Virus record (IMG/VR): IMGVR_UViG_3300031645_000001 | Coordinates: 1 to 50,673 of that record | DNA from: a virus | Lineage: Duplodnaviria; Caudoviricetes | Reading direction: 5' to 3' (one strand) | Length of the DNA: 50,673 nucleotides | Shown: piece after piece, positions 1-8,232 of the stretch | How the letters are laid out: the number at the start of each line of letters is the position of its first letter | Numbering within the stretch: the stretch's first letter is position 1 | Made by a program: the position numbers and the translations under genes | Notes under the pieces: model-generated | Told to the model about the DNA's origin: nothing | Database searches by the model: none | The model's input: only the letters and a program-made list of their open reading frames with translations

Positions 1-73
1 GCCGCCGCATAATCCAATATCGACCAAACCTTACCATACGACCACTGCTCAGTATCATCAGTAACACCAGAGT
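1..73. repeat. Terminal direct repeat (circular assembly overlap), copy 1
   Basis: Bases 1-73 are identical to 50601-50673. Confidence 0.97.
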
Positions 74-131
74 CAGTAAGGTTTACGACTTTGCCGTATG
101 ACCATGTAGGGGTTGGAGGAGTAGTTGCCAT
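1..131 (-). CDS. N-terminal part of the mucin-like/lectin virion protein that continues at 50600-49109
   Basis: ATG at 131-129 overlaps the TAA of 131..1717 (TAATG); reads MATTPPTPTWSYGKVVNLTDSGVTDDTEQWSYGKVWSILDYAAA, in frame with ORF 49109..50617 across the join. Confidence 0.85.
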   Translation of the reverse strand, partial: MATTPPTPTWSYGKVVNLTDSGVTDDTEQWSYGKVWSILDYAA

Positions 132-1717
132 TAGCTAATTACCACCTGCGGATCGATAAAGAATGTTCCTGCCGCTGAGTACTTAGACCAGTAGATTTTA
201 CACCTGACCTTGCTTGCCACTGCTGGATTTATTGTTGCGCTTAGCAGAGTCCAATCATCTGCATCTGCACCCCAGTCTGTAATGTCTATTAAAGTGCTGA
301 TTACTTTAGCATTGACATATTTTGTAGTATCATCATAACCAGCAACGTATTCTACTTCCAACCAGATATCATCCTGTGCAGTTATGTCATTAATAGTTGC
401 TGCCATATCGTTGAACACCCAGAACCCAAATGTCTGTGAGCCTATGTCTGCTTCTATTTCTGTTTCCATGATGCAGGCATGATGTTCTGGGTCAAAGAAT
501 TCAAAATCAGCTACATTAGGAACTATCTTGAGGACATCGTCAGATAGCTTTTTATTACAAACTTCTCCAGTTACAGCAGCTTTTTCGTAGTAACCACCTG
601 TAAACCATGTTCTGTGAGCACCAAGCACTTTTTGGTAGTTCTCTATAAAAATATTTGCTTGACTACCAAGCGCTATGTTATCATTTTTTACATACCCGTT
701 GTTTCCGCCGAGTTTTACATCTTTTCCGATATACTGGGATGAAGGAAAAGTGAATGTCCAAATATCCTCTAAAGCATTTTCAACCTCAACTCCAATGTTT
801 ACATTGTCTAAATAAATTTTTGACTTAATATTCACTATCCCATAACCACCACAGTTATAGATCGCACAATCTGATATATAAAATAGCCCACCGTAACAAT
901 ACATGCCATACTGACTTGACCCAGATCCAGATCCTTCAATAATAACCCGCTTTAAATAAATAAAAGTATCTCGCATTAACATTATTAAGCCGTTAACAGC
1001 TGTTTTTATTAAGCACCCAAGAAACATCATGACACCACCAGATGCGCAATAAAACATTGAACTGCTATTGGCGCAATTTAATGCTTCTATATATCGAAAC
1101 TGATAGAATTTATCTCCGTTGAGGATAATATTATAAATAGCACTGTTTCCATCAATCAGTGGCAAGTCATCAGCGTCAGCATCATAAGCAGCCTCCTTAA
1201 TTGTCCAAGCTGAATCATCAAACCCGTACTTGGTTCCCATGTCAGCTATCCAATCTTCATCAGCACTTATGGTTACAGCTTGATTCGTAAGAGTGCCTCC
1301 AGCATACTCCCTGTCAATTACAATATTTGAGGCATTAGTGACTTTCGTAATCAGATATTGAAATCCATCTGGACCGATTATATATCTCCCCTGATGCTTA
1401 TTCCTGTCCATGTCAGCGTCGTCAATTACAACTGCGGTACTTCCATTTGTCCAGTCTGAGGAAGAAACAGAATGAGCCGCACGAGGCCAGCCCATGAAGA
1501 TAATAGGAAAGGCAGCAGTTCCATCGTCAGCAACAATAATGTTAGCTACCATTGTATGAGAAGACACTCTGCGAATGAAGATTACGTTGACCTTAGTAAT
1601 ATCAAAACCTGAGTAAGCCATAGCAGTCGCAAGACTCTGCCAGGCATCGTCCATAGTAGTTCCGTCATCATTGCCTGTCCCAAGAGTAGTATCCACGAAC
1701 CAGCATTTATAAGCCAT
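131..1717 (-). CDS. Tailspike/receptor-binding protein with pectin-lyase-like beta-helix
   Basis: N-terminal FVDxxxGxGxDDGxTxxxAWxS motif; repeated beta-helix-type strands (ISDCAIYNCGGYGIV); structural operon. Confidence 0.6.
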   Translation of the reverse strand: MAYKCWFVDTTLGTGNDDGTTMDDAWQSLATAMAYSGFDITKVNVIFIRRVSSHTMVANIIVADDGTAAFPIIFMGWPRAAHSVSSSDWTNGSTAVVIDDADMDRNKHQGRYIIGPDGFQYLITKVTNASNIVIDREYAGGTLTNQAVTISADEDWIADMGTKYGFDDSAWTIKEAAYDADADDLPLIDGNSAIYNIILNGDKFYQFRYIEALNCANSSSMFYCASGGVMMFLGCLIKTAVNGLIMLMRDTFIYLKRVIIEGSGSGSSQYGMYCYGGLFYISDCAIYNCGGYGIVNIKSKIYLDNVNIGVEVENALEDIWTFTFPSSQYIGKDVKLGGNNGYVKNDNIALGSQANIFIENYQKVLGAHRTWFTGGYYEKAAVTGEVCNKKLSDDVLKIVPNVADFEFFDPEHHACIMETEIEADIGSQTFGFWVFNDMAATINDITAQDDIWLEVEYVAGYDDTTKYVNAKVISTLIDITDWGADADDWTLLSATINPAVASKVRCKIYWSKYSAAGTFFIDPQVVIS

Positions 1718-2181
1718 CAGTCCACCTCCTCAAAGATATTATTAATTACATAGGTTTTGAACTGATTCCAGGTAGGCTCGAAGCCGATTTCCTTGGTTAG
1801 CCATTGACGCATTTTTAAGAGTAGCTGAATACCTCGATACAGGGCATCCGGATAGTTAGTATCATACCAACTGGTTGCCTGAGTGATGGTGAGGTCATGG
1901 TTGTTTCTGATTGCTTTGATAAGAACCAGCATAATTTCTTTCGATTCTCCACCCTCATCACCAAGATCAAAGCCATTAAGTACTGACCATCCAAGCTCGT
2001 ATCTGTTCTTCTTTTTTACCAGGCGGGCAGGGCCTTCGGTGGCGATCTGAGCTTCATTGCCAAAATGAAAGGTACAGGTTCTTTTGCACCCTGTTCCGGA
2101 TCGCTCAAACTCCACTGTTACGTCAATCCCACCTTGGATTGCATTGTCCTGTCTGGTTATATTGTGTGACCAAGTTGTCAT
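1717..2181 (-). CDS. Hypothetical protein
   Basis: 154-aa ORF, AGGAG RBS, overlaps next start. Confidence 0.7.
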   Translation of the reverse strand: MTTWSHNITRQDNAIQGGIDVTVEFERSGTGCKRTCTFHFGNEAQIATEGPARLVKKKNRYELGWSVLNGFDLGDEGGESKEIMLVLIKAIRNNHDLTITQATSWYDTNYPDALYRGIQLLLKMRQWLTKEIGFEPTWNQFKTYVINNIFEEVD

Positions 2182-2229
2182 TTTTATCTCCTAAATATTT
2201 TGCTTTACTATAAACCCGTCATAAGTAAT

Positions 2230-2254
2230 AGTTCGTTCGATTTTCAAATGATCT
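2230..2254. repeat. 25-bp dyad motif copy 1
   Basis: AGTTCGTTCGATTTTCAAATGATCT; overlaps terL TAG. Confidence 0.85.
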
Positions 2255-3794
2255 AAGCATATCTCCAATTTTCAATAGTTTTTTCATATTCTATGTCTCT
2301 ATACTCAGCTTCTATATCGTCTGGATTTTCAGCTGGTGAGAAGTAACGCTCACCAAGTTCAAGCATCTCGATTATGTAAGCTAAACCATCCATGATGTCC
2401 CATAGTGCAGAGCGAGGAAACATTAGAAGTTGTTGCTCAAGCCGCTTAACTGTAGCGCAGGAAGCATTATGGTAAATGTAGCCTCCACGGTAGTAAGGGA
2501 CAAGTTCCTTGACGCGAAGTTCTTTCTTCATTCCTCCACGTGCTTTGAGCCAAACGAGTTCATAGAACGTACCACGTCGAAACATCTCGTTTTTTATAGG
2601 TTGCTTGATAAATTCGTTAAGTGAAGTTTCTTCAATACCTATTACTTTTGCATCTAATCGTAGCGCCATAGCGAACATGTTGTCGTAGATTTCATCTGGA
2701 TAGAGTTTTTCTGAGATGATATCTCGGACGTAGAGTCGAGCACTTGCTAAGTCGATACCTATTCCAAGGATAGCAGTTTCAGCAGAGTGGATCTTTACAG
2801 TCTTTGCAGGGTCGACTATTATAACAGTTTCGATGGAAGTGTCAGCTTGTACAGTTGGCTCATCCACCTTGATATCTTCCTCACGCTGAGGTCTGTCAAG
2901 TGGTAAGTTGTAGTATTTAAAGTATTCAGTGCGAAATGCAGCGTCTTTAGATGAGATAGGTAAGTTACGATGTTCTTGGTAGAAGGTGTCAGTTTCACCT
3001 GCTTTAACAGCAGCATTCCACTTAGCAGCTATTACTTCATCAGGGACAAAGTGAGGTGCTACAGACTTTAAGTTGTCATCGCAAGATTCGAGCCGTATAG
3101 AATTCCAGTCTTCTGAGCTAAGTAAGTGTTGGAGTAGTGCGTCTTCATGTTTTAGAGTGTCTATGTAGACTATCTTCCAGTTCATGTGAAGTTGTGGTAC
3201 AGCTTCAATTACATCTGAGTAGAGCCAAGTTTTTAGTTCTTTGCGAATTTCTTCATTCATTACTTTTTTCTTGTCTTCAAGGTCGTCTATGACAATTAAT
3301 CCTGGGCGGTCATTTTTGAAGAGTACTCCACGCACTTGCTGGCCAGCTCCACGAGGTAAGATGAAAGTGTCATAAGCTACCCATGCCTTTTTGGAGAACT
3401 GTTCCTCAATCTCATCACGCCCAGCTGCGCGCGCTCGAATAGAGCCGAAGAAAGCTTTTATAGTTTTGTTGGTTAGAAGTTCACGCTTTAAGTTTTCAGT
3501 CTGCATGATAGCAGCTGTTTCTGATTTATTGATGTAGACTATGAAAGGACAGAGACGGAAGATTATGTAGCGAGCCATTAGAGCGAGGGCTACTATAGAA
3601 GTCTTGCCCCATCCACGAGGTGCAGCTATTACATCCTTGTTTGATTTGCTGTCAATTCGTGAGAAGATCTCTCCATGTACGTTTTCTGCAAAATCTGCCC
3701 AAAAGCGCTCAGGAAAGAAGGTTTTCGCAGTCAAGCGTGTGCTACTTTGGCAAGCAAAGAGTAAGTTATCTAATTGTTGATCTCGTTTAGACAT
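2253..3794 (-). CDS. terL: Terminase large subunit
   Basis: Walker A APRGWGKT, Walker B LIVIDDLE, RNase H-like nuclease IIVDPA...DIMDGLAY. Confidence 0.92.
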   Translation of the reverse strand: MSKRDQQLDNLLFACQSSTRLTAKTFFPERFWADFAENVHGEIFSRIDSKSNKDVIAAPRGWGKTSIVALALMARYIIFRLCPFIVYINKSETAAIMQTENLKRELLTNKTIKAFFGSIRARAAGRDEIEEQFSKKAWVAYDTFILPRGAGQQVRGVLFKNDRPGLIVIDDLEDKKKVMNEEIRKELKTWLYSDVIEAVPQLHMNWKIVYIDTLKHEDALLQHLLSSEDWNSIRLESCDDNLKSVAPHFVPDEVIAAKWNAAVKAGETDTFYQEHRNLPISSKDAAFRTEYFKYYNLPLDRPQREEDIKVDEPTVQADTSIETVIIVDPAKTVKIHSAETAILGIGIDLASARLYVRDIISEKLYPDEIYDNMFAMALRLDAKVIGIEETSLNEFIKQPIKNEMFRRGTFYELVWLKARGGMKKELRVKELVPYYRGGYIYHNASCATVKRLEQQLLMFPRSALWDIMDGLAYIIEMLELGERYFSPAENPDDIEAEYRDIEYEKTIENWRYA

Positions 3795-3819
3795 AGTTTG
3801 TTCGAATTCCGGGTGATCT
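3795..3819. repeat. 25-bp dyad motif copy 2
   Basis: AGTTTGTTCGAATTCCGGGTGATCT; fills the whole gap between the GT stop and the terL ATG. Confidence 0.85.
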
Positions 3820-4788
3820 TTAATCGTTCCAAGGTTTCTTAGTTATAAGGTCAAAATAGCTATATTTTTGTTTTTCTTTCAACCATCCGTATTCAGCAGT
3901 TCCAAGACGTACAGCTTCAGGCCAGTAGTCGTCTACATTTATATGATGGCGAACTTTGAAAGCTTTCTCTCCAGCTTTAGCGAGTTTGTAACCTTCATCA
4001 GGTCCAGCTATTACCATGTAAGATAGGAGCACTCCAAAGCCGTGAGGCTTGTTGCCATTAGCTGCATAGGTACGATATTTGTACTGGCCGAGTTTTACAA
4101 CAGCTGGAGTGTAAGGCCCTATGTGGATTACAGGGTCAGTAGCAATAGACCAATTAGTGTAGCCTAACATGAGGGATTTCACTTGTTGAATTACCTCAGC
4201 ACCTCCCCATGAGATCATATGGTCAGAGTGTGAGCCGTAGCCTTTGAGGGTGTTAAGGTACCACTCACGACGACAGATCCAAGGCATGAACTTCCAGTAC
4301 ATTTTACGCTCATTACGATAAGCGCAATCCCAACCACCGTTAGGTAAGTTAGTAGGGCTAACTTTTAATGTGTGTTTGATACCTGCAGGACCTTGATGAG
4401 CCCAGCGAATTGGAGGATGGCCGAAACCCAGCATTTCCTCATCAGCATGACGATCCATGAAGTCTACAGAGTCATGCAGGGTGTTATAGCCAAATAGAAC
4501 ATGAGAGTCTACACAGAAAATGTATTCACCAGTTGCAGCTTCAGCTGCCCGCATTCGAGCGCTGGTAAAGCAGGGTTCTTCCTGTCTTATTATTCTTACG
4601 TTGTGTTTCTTGATGAAGCCTACTGGACAGGCTATTCCGATGAGTTCATAGAACTTTGGATCAGAGTTGTCACAGACCACTATTTCACACTCGCCAGATA
4701 CACTTTTGAGCATTTCTATAGCGTTGTTGAGAGTTACGTTGAGCATGACGATATCGTTTCTATTGGAGATAATTATTGAAAGTTTCAT
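3820..4788 (-). CDS. GT-A fold glycosyltransferase (GT2/GT27-like; ppGalNAc-T-like motifs)
   Basis: LSIII...IVVCDN start; SARMRAAEAATGEYIFCVDSH (DxH); MISWGGAE; distal VIHI. Confidence 0.85.
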   Translation of the reverse strand: MKLSIIISNRNDIVMLNVTLNNAIEMLKSVSGECEIVVCDNSDPKFYELIGIACPVGFIKKHNVRIIRQEEPCFTSARMRAAEAATGEYIFCVDSHVLFGYNTLHDSVDFMDRHADEEMLGFGHPPIRWAHQGPAGIKHTLKVSPTNLPNGGWDCAYRNERKMYWKFMPWICRREWYLNTLKGYGSHSDHMISWGGAEVIQQVKSLMLGYTNWSIATDPVIHIGPYTPAVVKLGQYKYRTYAANGNKPHGFGVLLSYMVIAGPDEGYKLAKAGEKAFKVRHHINVDDYWPEAVRLGTAEYGWLKEKQKYSYFDLITKKPWND

Positions 4789-5450
4789 TTCACCTCCAAG
4801 AAGTATACAACTTTTTTCTGGTTAGCACGAATAGTGTAGAACTTTATAGTTAAGTTATAGTTAGGAAACATAGTTATTATTTTTCTGGTCATCTCATGAT
4901 GTGATTGCCAAGTCATACGGAAGTTAACTAGTCCATCTTTAGTGGTTTTAATCAAGCGCTCGTAGTGATCAGTTTGTTTGATTTTCAAATGATCTATTTC
5001 ACCTTCACCTGGACAGTTAATGTCGAAAGTGAGAGCTTTAGGTTTAGTTGATAAGACGTTATTGAGTATAGTTTCCTGATCTTTTGTGCGTAAGTGGATT
5101 AAGACAGCGCTGATTAGCACTCCAGACTGTGAGTGAGTTATAGGTTGAGTAAGTTCCCTGTGAAAAACTTGAAGTATATATTCTGGGAAACGTTCTATGA
5201 TGCGACTAGTCATTGATAGTGAAGAGTCGTAACCTATGTAATTAGGCTCTTCTCTGACTTCCTTTAAGTATTCAAGGAACCTGCCAAAGCCGCAACCTAG
5301 GTCGAGGAAGGACTCAGTGTTGCTGTGTAAGAATTCGAACATGTCAAGAGTGTACTGAGGACGTTTATGGCCCCAGGTATTTTCAGCTCGCTTAGATTCA
5401 CGCTCATTCCAGTCGTTAGTTTTTGCTTTTGCACTTGCTTGTGCTACCAT
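4785..5450 (-). CDS. Class I SAM-dependent methyltransferase (probably sugar/small molecule)
   Basis: FLDLGCGFGRF motif I, YIGYDSS motif II, VLIHL; no DNA-MTase NPPY/DPPY/PC motif. Confidence 0.85.
   Translation of the reverse strand: MVAQASAKAKTNDWNERESKRAENTWGHKRPQYTLDMFEFLHSNTESFLDLGCGFGRFLEYLKEVREEPNYIGYDSSLSMTSRIIERFPEYILQVFHRELTQPITHSQSGVLISAVLIHLRTKDQETILNNVLSTKPKALTFDINCPGEGEIDHLKIKQTDHYERLIKTTKDGLVNFRMTWQSHHEMTRKIITMFPNYNLTIKFYTIRANQKKVVYFLEVK
4971..4995. repeat. 25-bp dyad motif copy 3 (intragenic)
   Basis: AGTTTGTTTGATTTTCAAATGATCT; encodes DHLKIKQT. Confidence 0.75.
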
Positions 5451-6250
5451 TTATAGTTCTCCATAAACCATTTAAAAGTTTTCTTAATTCCTTTATCTAG
5501 AGGTGTTTTAGCTTTTATGTCAGTTGAGGTCTCTACGTTAATTATTTCTCCTTTTATATACCCATTGAACTTTACAGGTGGTGCGTAGTTAGTTAATTCT
5601 TCAGAAGTATTTTGGATTAGGTATGCTAGTTGTTTTATGGAAGTTGTTATTCCAGAAGCTACACACATAGAGACCTTATTGCTGGAATTTATTATAGTAC
5701 TTACTACATCGTCAATGTAGATGAAGTCACGAGTTTGCTCGCCGTCTCCGAAGATTGTGAGGGCTTTTTTGTCTAGTGCATTGCGAATAAAAGCAGAGAT
5801 GACAGATGTCTTGTGGAGTGAATGAGGTCCGTAGACATTGGAAAGGCGTAAGATTGTAGTGTTTACGTTGTAAGCTTTACGATAGGTAGTGCAAAGTGCT
5901 TCACAGGCTAGTTTAGATGCAGAGTAAGGAGATTGAAGTTCTGGAGCCCCCATAGAGGAAGTGAAAACTAATCGAGCATCACAAGTTCGACAGTAGTTGA
6001 GGGCATTTAAAGTGCTAGTGATGTTTTCTAAAAATGCTTTCTTTGGCTTAAGAAGGGATTTCCTAACGTCTGTGAATGAGGCGAGATGGATGAAGTTAGA
6101 GCAAGATTGTATGTGGATAGAGACTTTGCAAAGATCACAGCCTGTGAGTTTGTCTAGGATGACGAAGTCTTTGAAAGATCTAGAAAGTTTAATAGATAAG
6201 TTCTTACCTATGAAACCTAAGCCTCCTGATATTATGTAGTCAGCATTCAT
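5444..6250 (-). CDS. NAD-dependent nucleotide-sugar epimerase/dehydratase (extended SDR)
   Basis: ISGGLGFIG, FIHLA, FTSS, YSASK, RLSNVYGP, GDGEQTRDFIYIDD. Confidence 0.92.
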   Translation of the reverse strand: MNADYIISGGLGFIGKNLSIKLSRSFKDFVILDKLTGCDLCKVSIHIQSCSNFIHLASFTDVRKSLLKPKKAFLENITSTLNALNYCRTCDARLVFTSSMGAPELQSPYSASKLACEALCTTYRKAYNVNTTILRLSNVYGPHSLHKTSVISAFIRNALDKKALTIFGDGEQTRDFIYIDDVVSTIINSSNKVSMCVASGITTSIKQLAYLIQNTSEELTNYAPPVKFNGYIKGEIINVETSTDIKAKTPLDKGIKKTFKWFMENYKW

Positions 6251-6951
6251 ATAGTTTGCTCAATTGTAGTTCGTTCGAATTTCGGATCATCTTCCTGTTC
6301 GTCAAGTCCGAAGTTGTCAGACTCTAGATCTTGTATAGTGGTAGGTAGTGATTCCTGAGTTTCTTGAGTTTCTTGATTTTTCGTATGCTTTTGCTCTCCT
6401 TCCTTAGGCTCAACGTCTATAATCATCCCCGCTTCACGTGCAGCTTTTAGCCCTCGATCTTTGAATTCTTGCAGCTCAACCTTGGTTAAAGTGTAAGAAG
6501 CACTTGTAGATTGGATTTTTGTAGGAGCACGTAGGCCTGAGAGTTCTAACATTACAGTGTCTGCAACTTTCATCTTATCTTTAAGATTACACTCACCAGA
6601 CTCATCATCGAAGATTTCATGGTAAGTTTTAAGCGCTTTGTTGGTAAGCACACGGATCTTCTCATAAACTTTTTTAGCTTCCTCATCTCGACTAGCGCGA
6701 ATTTCTGAAAGCTTAAGCTCACCCAGTTCACTGTTAAGCGTGCTACTTACAGTATCAGGTGAGATGTTGAGAATGTCAGCGATTTCACAGTATTTAAATC
6801 CCCTCGCAGCGAGATTAACTATCTCATGACTCCGCTGCCAGAGAGACTTGATGTTGTAGGTCTTTTTCTTACCATCTGTCCTGCGCTTGTCTACTTCCCT
6901 AAACTCGAATCCGTAGAGACCATTGCGTGTCTGTACATTTTCCATAGTCAT
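6247..6951 (-). CDS. Probable terminase small subunit (HTH protein)
   Basis: HTH (GFKYCEIADILNISPDTVSSTL) then helical region; first gene of the operon containing terL. Confidence 0.6.
   Translation of the reverse strand: MTMENVQTRNGLYGFEFREVDKRRTDGKKKTYNIKSLWQRSHEIVNLAARGFKYCEIADILNISPDTVSSTLNSELGELKLSEIRASRDEEAKKVYEKIRVLTNKALKTYHEIFDDESGECNLKDKMKVADTVMLELSGLRAPTKIQSTSASYTLTKVELQEFKDRGLKAAREAGMIIDVEPKEGEQKHTKNQETQETQESLPTTIQDLESDNFGLDEQEDDPKFERTTIEQTI
6268..6292. repeat. 25-bp dyad motif copy 4 (intragenic)
   Basis: AGTTCGTTCGAATTTCGGATCATCT; encodes DDPKFERT. Confidence 0.85.
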
Positions 6952-6986
6952 TTTACACCTACTTTAGATAAATTTTTCATAATAGT

Positions 6987-7015
6987 ATCTTATCACATAA
7001 AGGTACTATTGTCAA
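6987..7015 (-). promoter_or_regulatory. Sigma70-type promoter for the leftward packaging/structural arm
   Basis: TTGACA-17 bp-TAAGAT with extended -10 TG. Confidence 0.65.
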
Positions 7016-7115
7016 GGTAATTTCCTGTGTATTTATTAACTTAGTAGACTTAGATCCAGCGTCGAGCGTGCGCTAGAGCACGAGTGCACTACTTACGCTT
7101 GACGCTTGACTACAT

Positions 7116-7140
7116 TGTTTGTCCAAAATTCGCACGAACT
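7116..7140. repeat. 25-bp dyad motif copy 5
   Basis: TGTTTGTCCAAAATTCGCACGAACT. Confidence 0.85.
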
Positions 7141-7152
7141 TTACAATCAATT

Positions 7153-7177
7153 AGTTTGTCCAAAAATCGCACATACT
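7153..7177. repeat. 25-bp dyad motif copy 6
   Basis: AGTTTGTCCAAAAATCGCACATACT. Confidence 0.8.
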
Positions 7178-7357
7178 TTCACACTCACCTACACTCACCT
7201 TATGTTCGATACACACTACAATGTACATTTTAGTACCATTTAATAAACTACTCACAAAATGGAGGAGAGGTAACCCGCGAACTATACACCTAGATTTCCC
7301 CCTTCGAGTTCATTATCATTTGTAAGTGCCTGTTACCATTGGATTTAAAAATAGTTG

Positions 7358-7386
7358 TTGACAAACTATCAAAATTATGATTTAAT
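7358..7386 (+). promoter_or_regulatory. Sigma70-type early promoter
   Basis: TTGACA-17 bp-TTTAAT with extended -10 TG. Confidence 0.65.
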
Positions 7387-7457
7387 GGTTTCAACGTTGT
7401 AATTTGTTCTTTGACAATTTGGGTTAGGTGGTATACTAGACATGAAAGGAGTATATC

Positions 7458-7799
7458 ATGGAACTAACAAAAGCTATAGTTGTATCCAAGCAGTGTGCTT
7501 TAAGCCCTGATAAGGATAGTACAGAGTCTAAGCAGTTCAAGGTTGAACTAACCATACCAGCTGGTACAACTACACAGAATATGGCATTAGCTATCCTCAA
7601 GTCTGAAGTTATTAGATTTCAAAATAGCCAGCGTAGTAAGTATGACAAACTAGTCAATAATTCTACGCACAAGCTAACCTTTAAAGCTCCTATAGGTATG
7701 ATAGATCCTGAGCAAGCAATGGTAGCTAAGTTGCAAGCTATGACAAGTGAGGAGCAAGTAGAGTATTTGAAGAAGATGGTAGAGAAAGCAAGTAAGTAA
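7458..7799 (+). CDS. Small basic early protein (C-terminus similar to 12270..12650)
   Basis: AAGGAG RBS, own promoter and terminator. Confidence 0.85.
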   Translation: MELTKAIVVSKQCALSPDKDSTESKQFKVELTIPAGTTTQNMALAILKSEVIRFQNSQRSKYDKLVNNSTHKLTFKAPIGMIDPEQAMVAKLQAMTSEEQVEYLKKMVEKASK

Positions 7800-7830
7800 T
7801 TTAACTACACCACCTAACACAAGTTGTAAG

Positions 7831-7862
7831 AAGCCCTAAGTGGAAACGCTTAGGGTTTTTTT
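7831..7862 (+). terminator. Rho-independent terminator
   Basis: AAGCCCTAAGTG-GAAA-CGCTTAGGGTTT stem-loop plus T run. Confidence 0.85.
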
Positions 7863-7965
7863 ATTGCTAGTTAGTAAGGTGAGTAGTTAGGAGCTAATCA
7901 ATGGTACGGAAAATTACTTTGATTTTGGGTTGTAGTTGTGTTATTATTATTATATGTTTATATTT

Positions 7966-8154
7966 TTAGTGCTTAGTGCCTGAATGCTGTACGGCTTATC
8001 CCCGATATTATTGTAGGAAAATATATATATAGAATTATATATATATAGAGATATAGAGATATAATAATATATATATATAATGTTAGTATCTAGTGTCGTT
8101 GTTATTAAAATGACCAGACATAAGCCGTACAGCATTCAGAGACTAGAGCACTAA
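7966..8154. other. Inverted repeat enclosing a TA-rich tract; candidate replication origin
   Basis: CTGAATGCTGTACGGCTTAT (7980-7999) perfectly inverted at 8120-8139; (TA)n-rich core at about 8020-8080. Confidence 0.55.
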
Positions 8155-8184
8155 CGGCATTAATGTATTAATGACACTAACAAC

Positions 8185-8209
8185 GGTTCGTTCGATAATC
8201 GTACGAACT
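8185..8209. repeat. 25-bp dyad motif copy 7
   Basis: GGTTCGTTCGATAATCGTACGAACT. Confidence 0.9.
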
Positions 8210-8232
8210 ATAATGAAAGAAGGAGGTTAGCT

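Noticed and set aside
1-73. Biological terminal repeat
   Set aside because: It lies mid-gene and has the size of an assembler overlap.
7411-7437. Second promoter TTGACA...TATACT
   Set aside because: The spacer is only 15 bp; it might work as an extended -10 promoter but is not called.
7950-8135. 61-aa Ile/Tyr-rich ORF
   Set aside because: Translation of the (TA)n tract inside the inverted repeat.
8185-8209. 25-bp motif as a Firmicutes LexA box
   Set aside because: It contains GTTCG and CGAAC but in the opposite order and spacing to CGAAC-N4-GTTCG.
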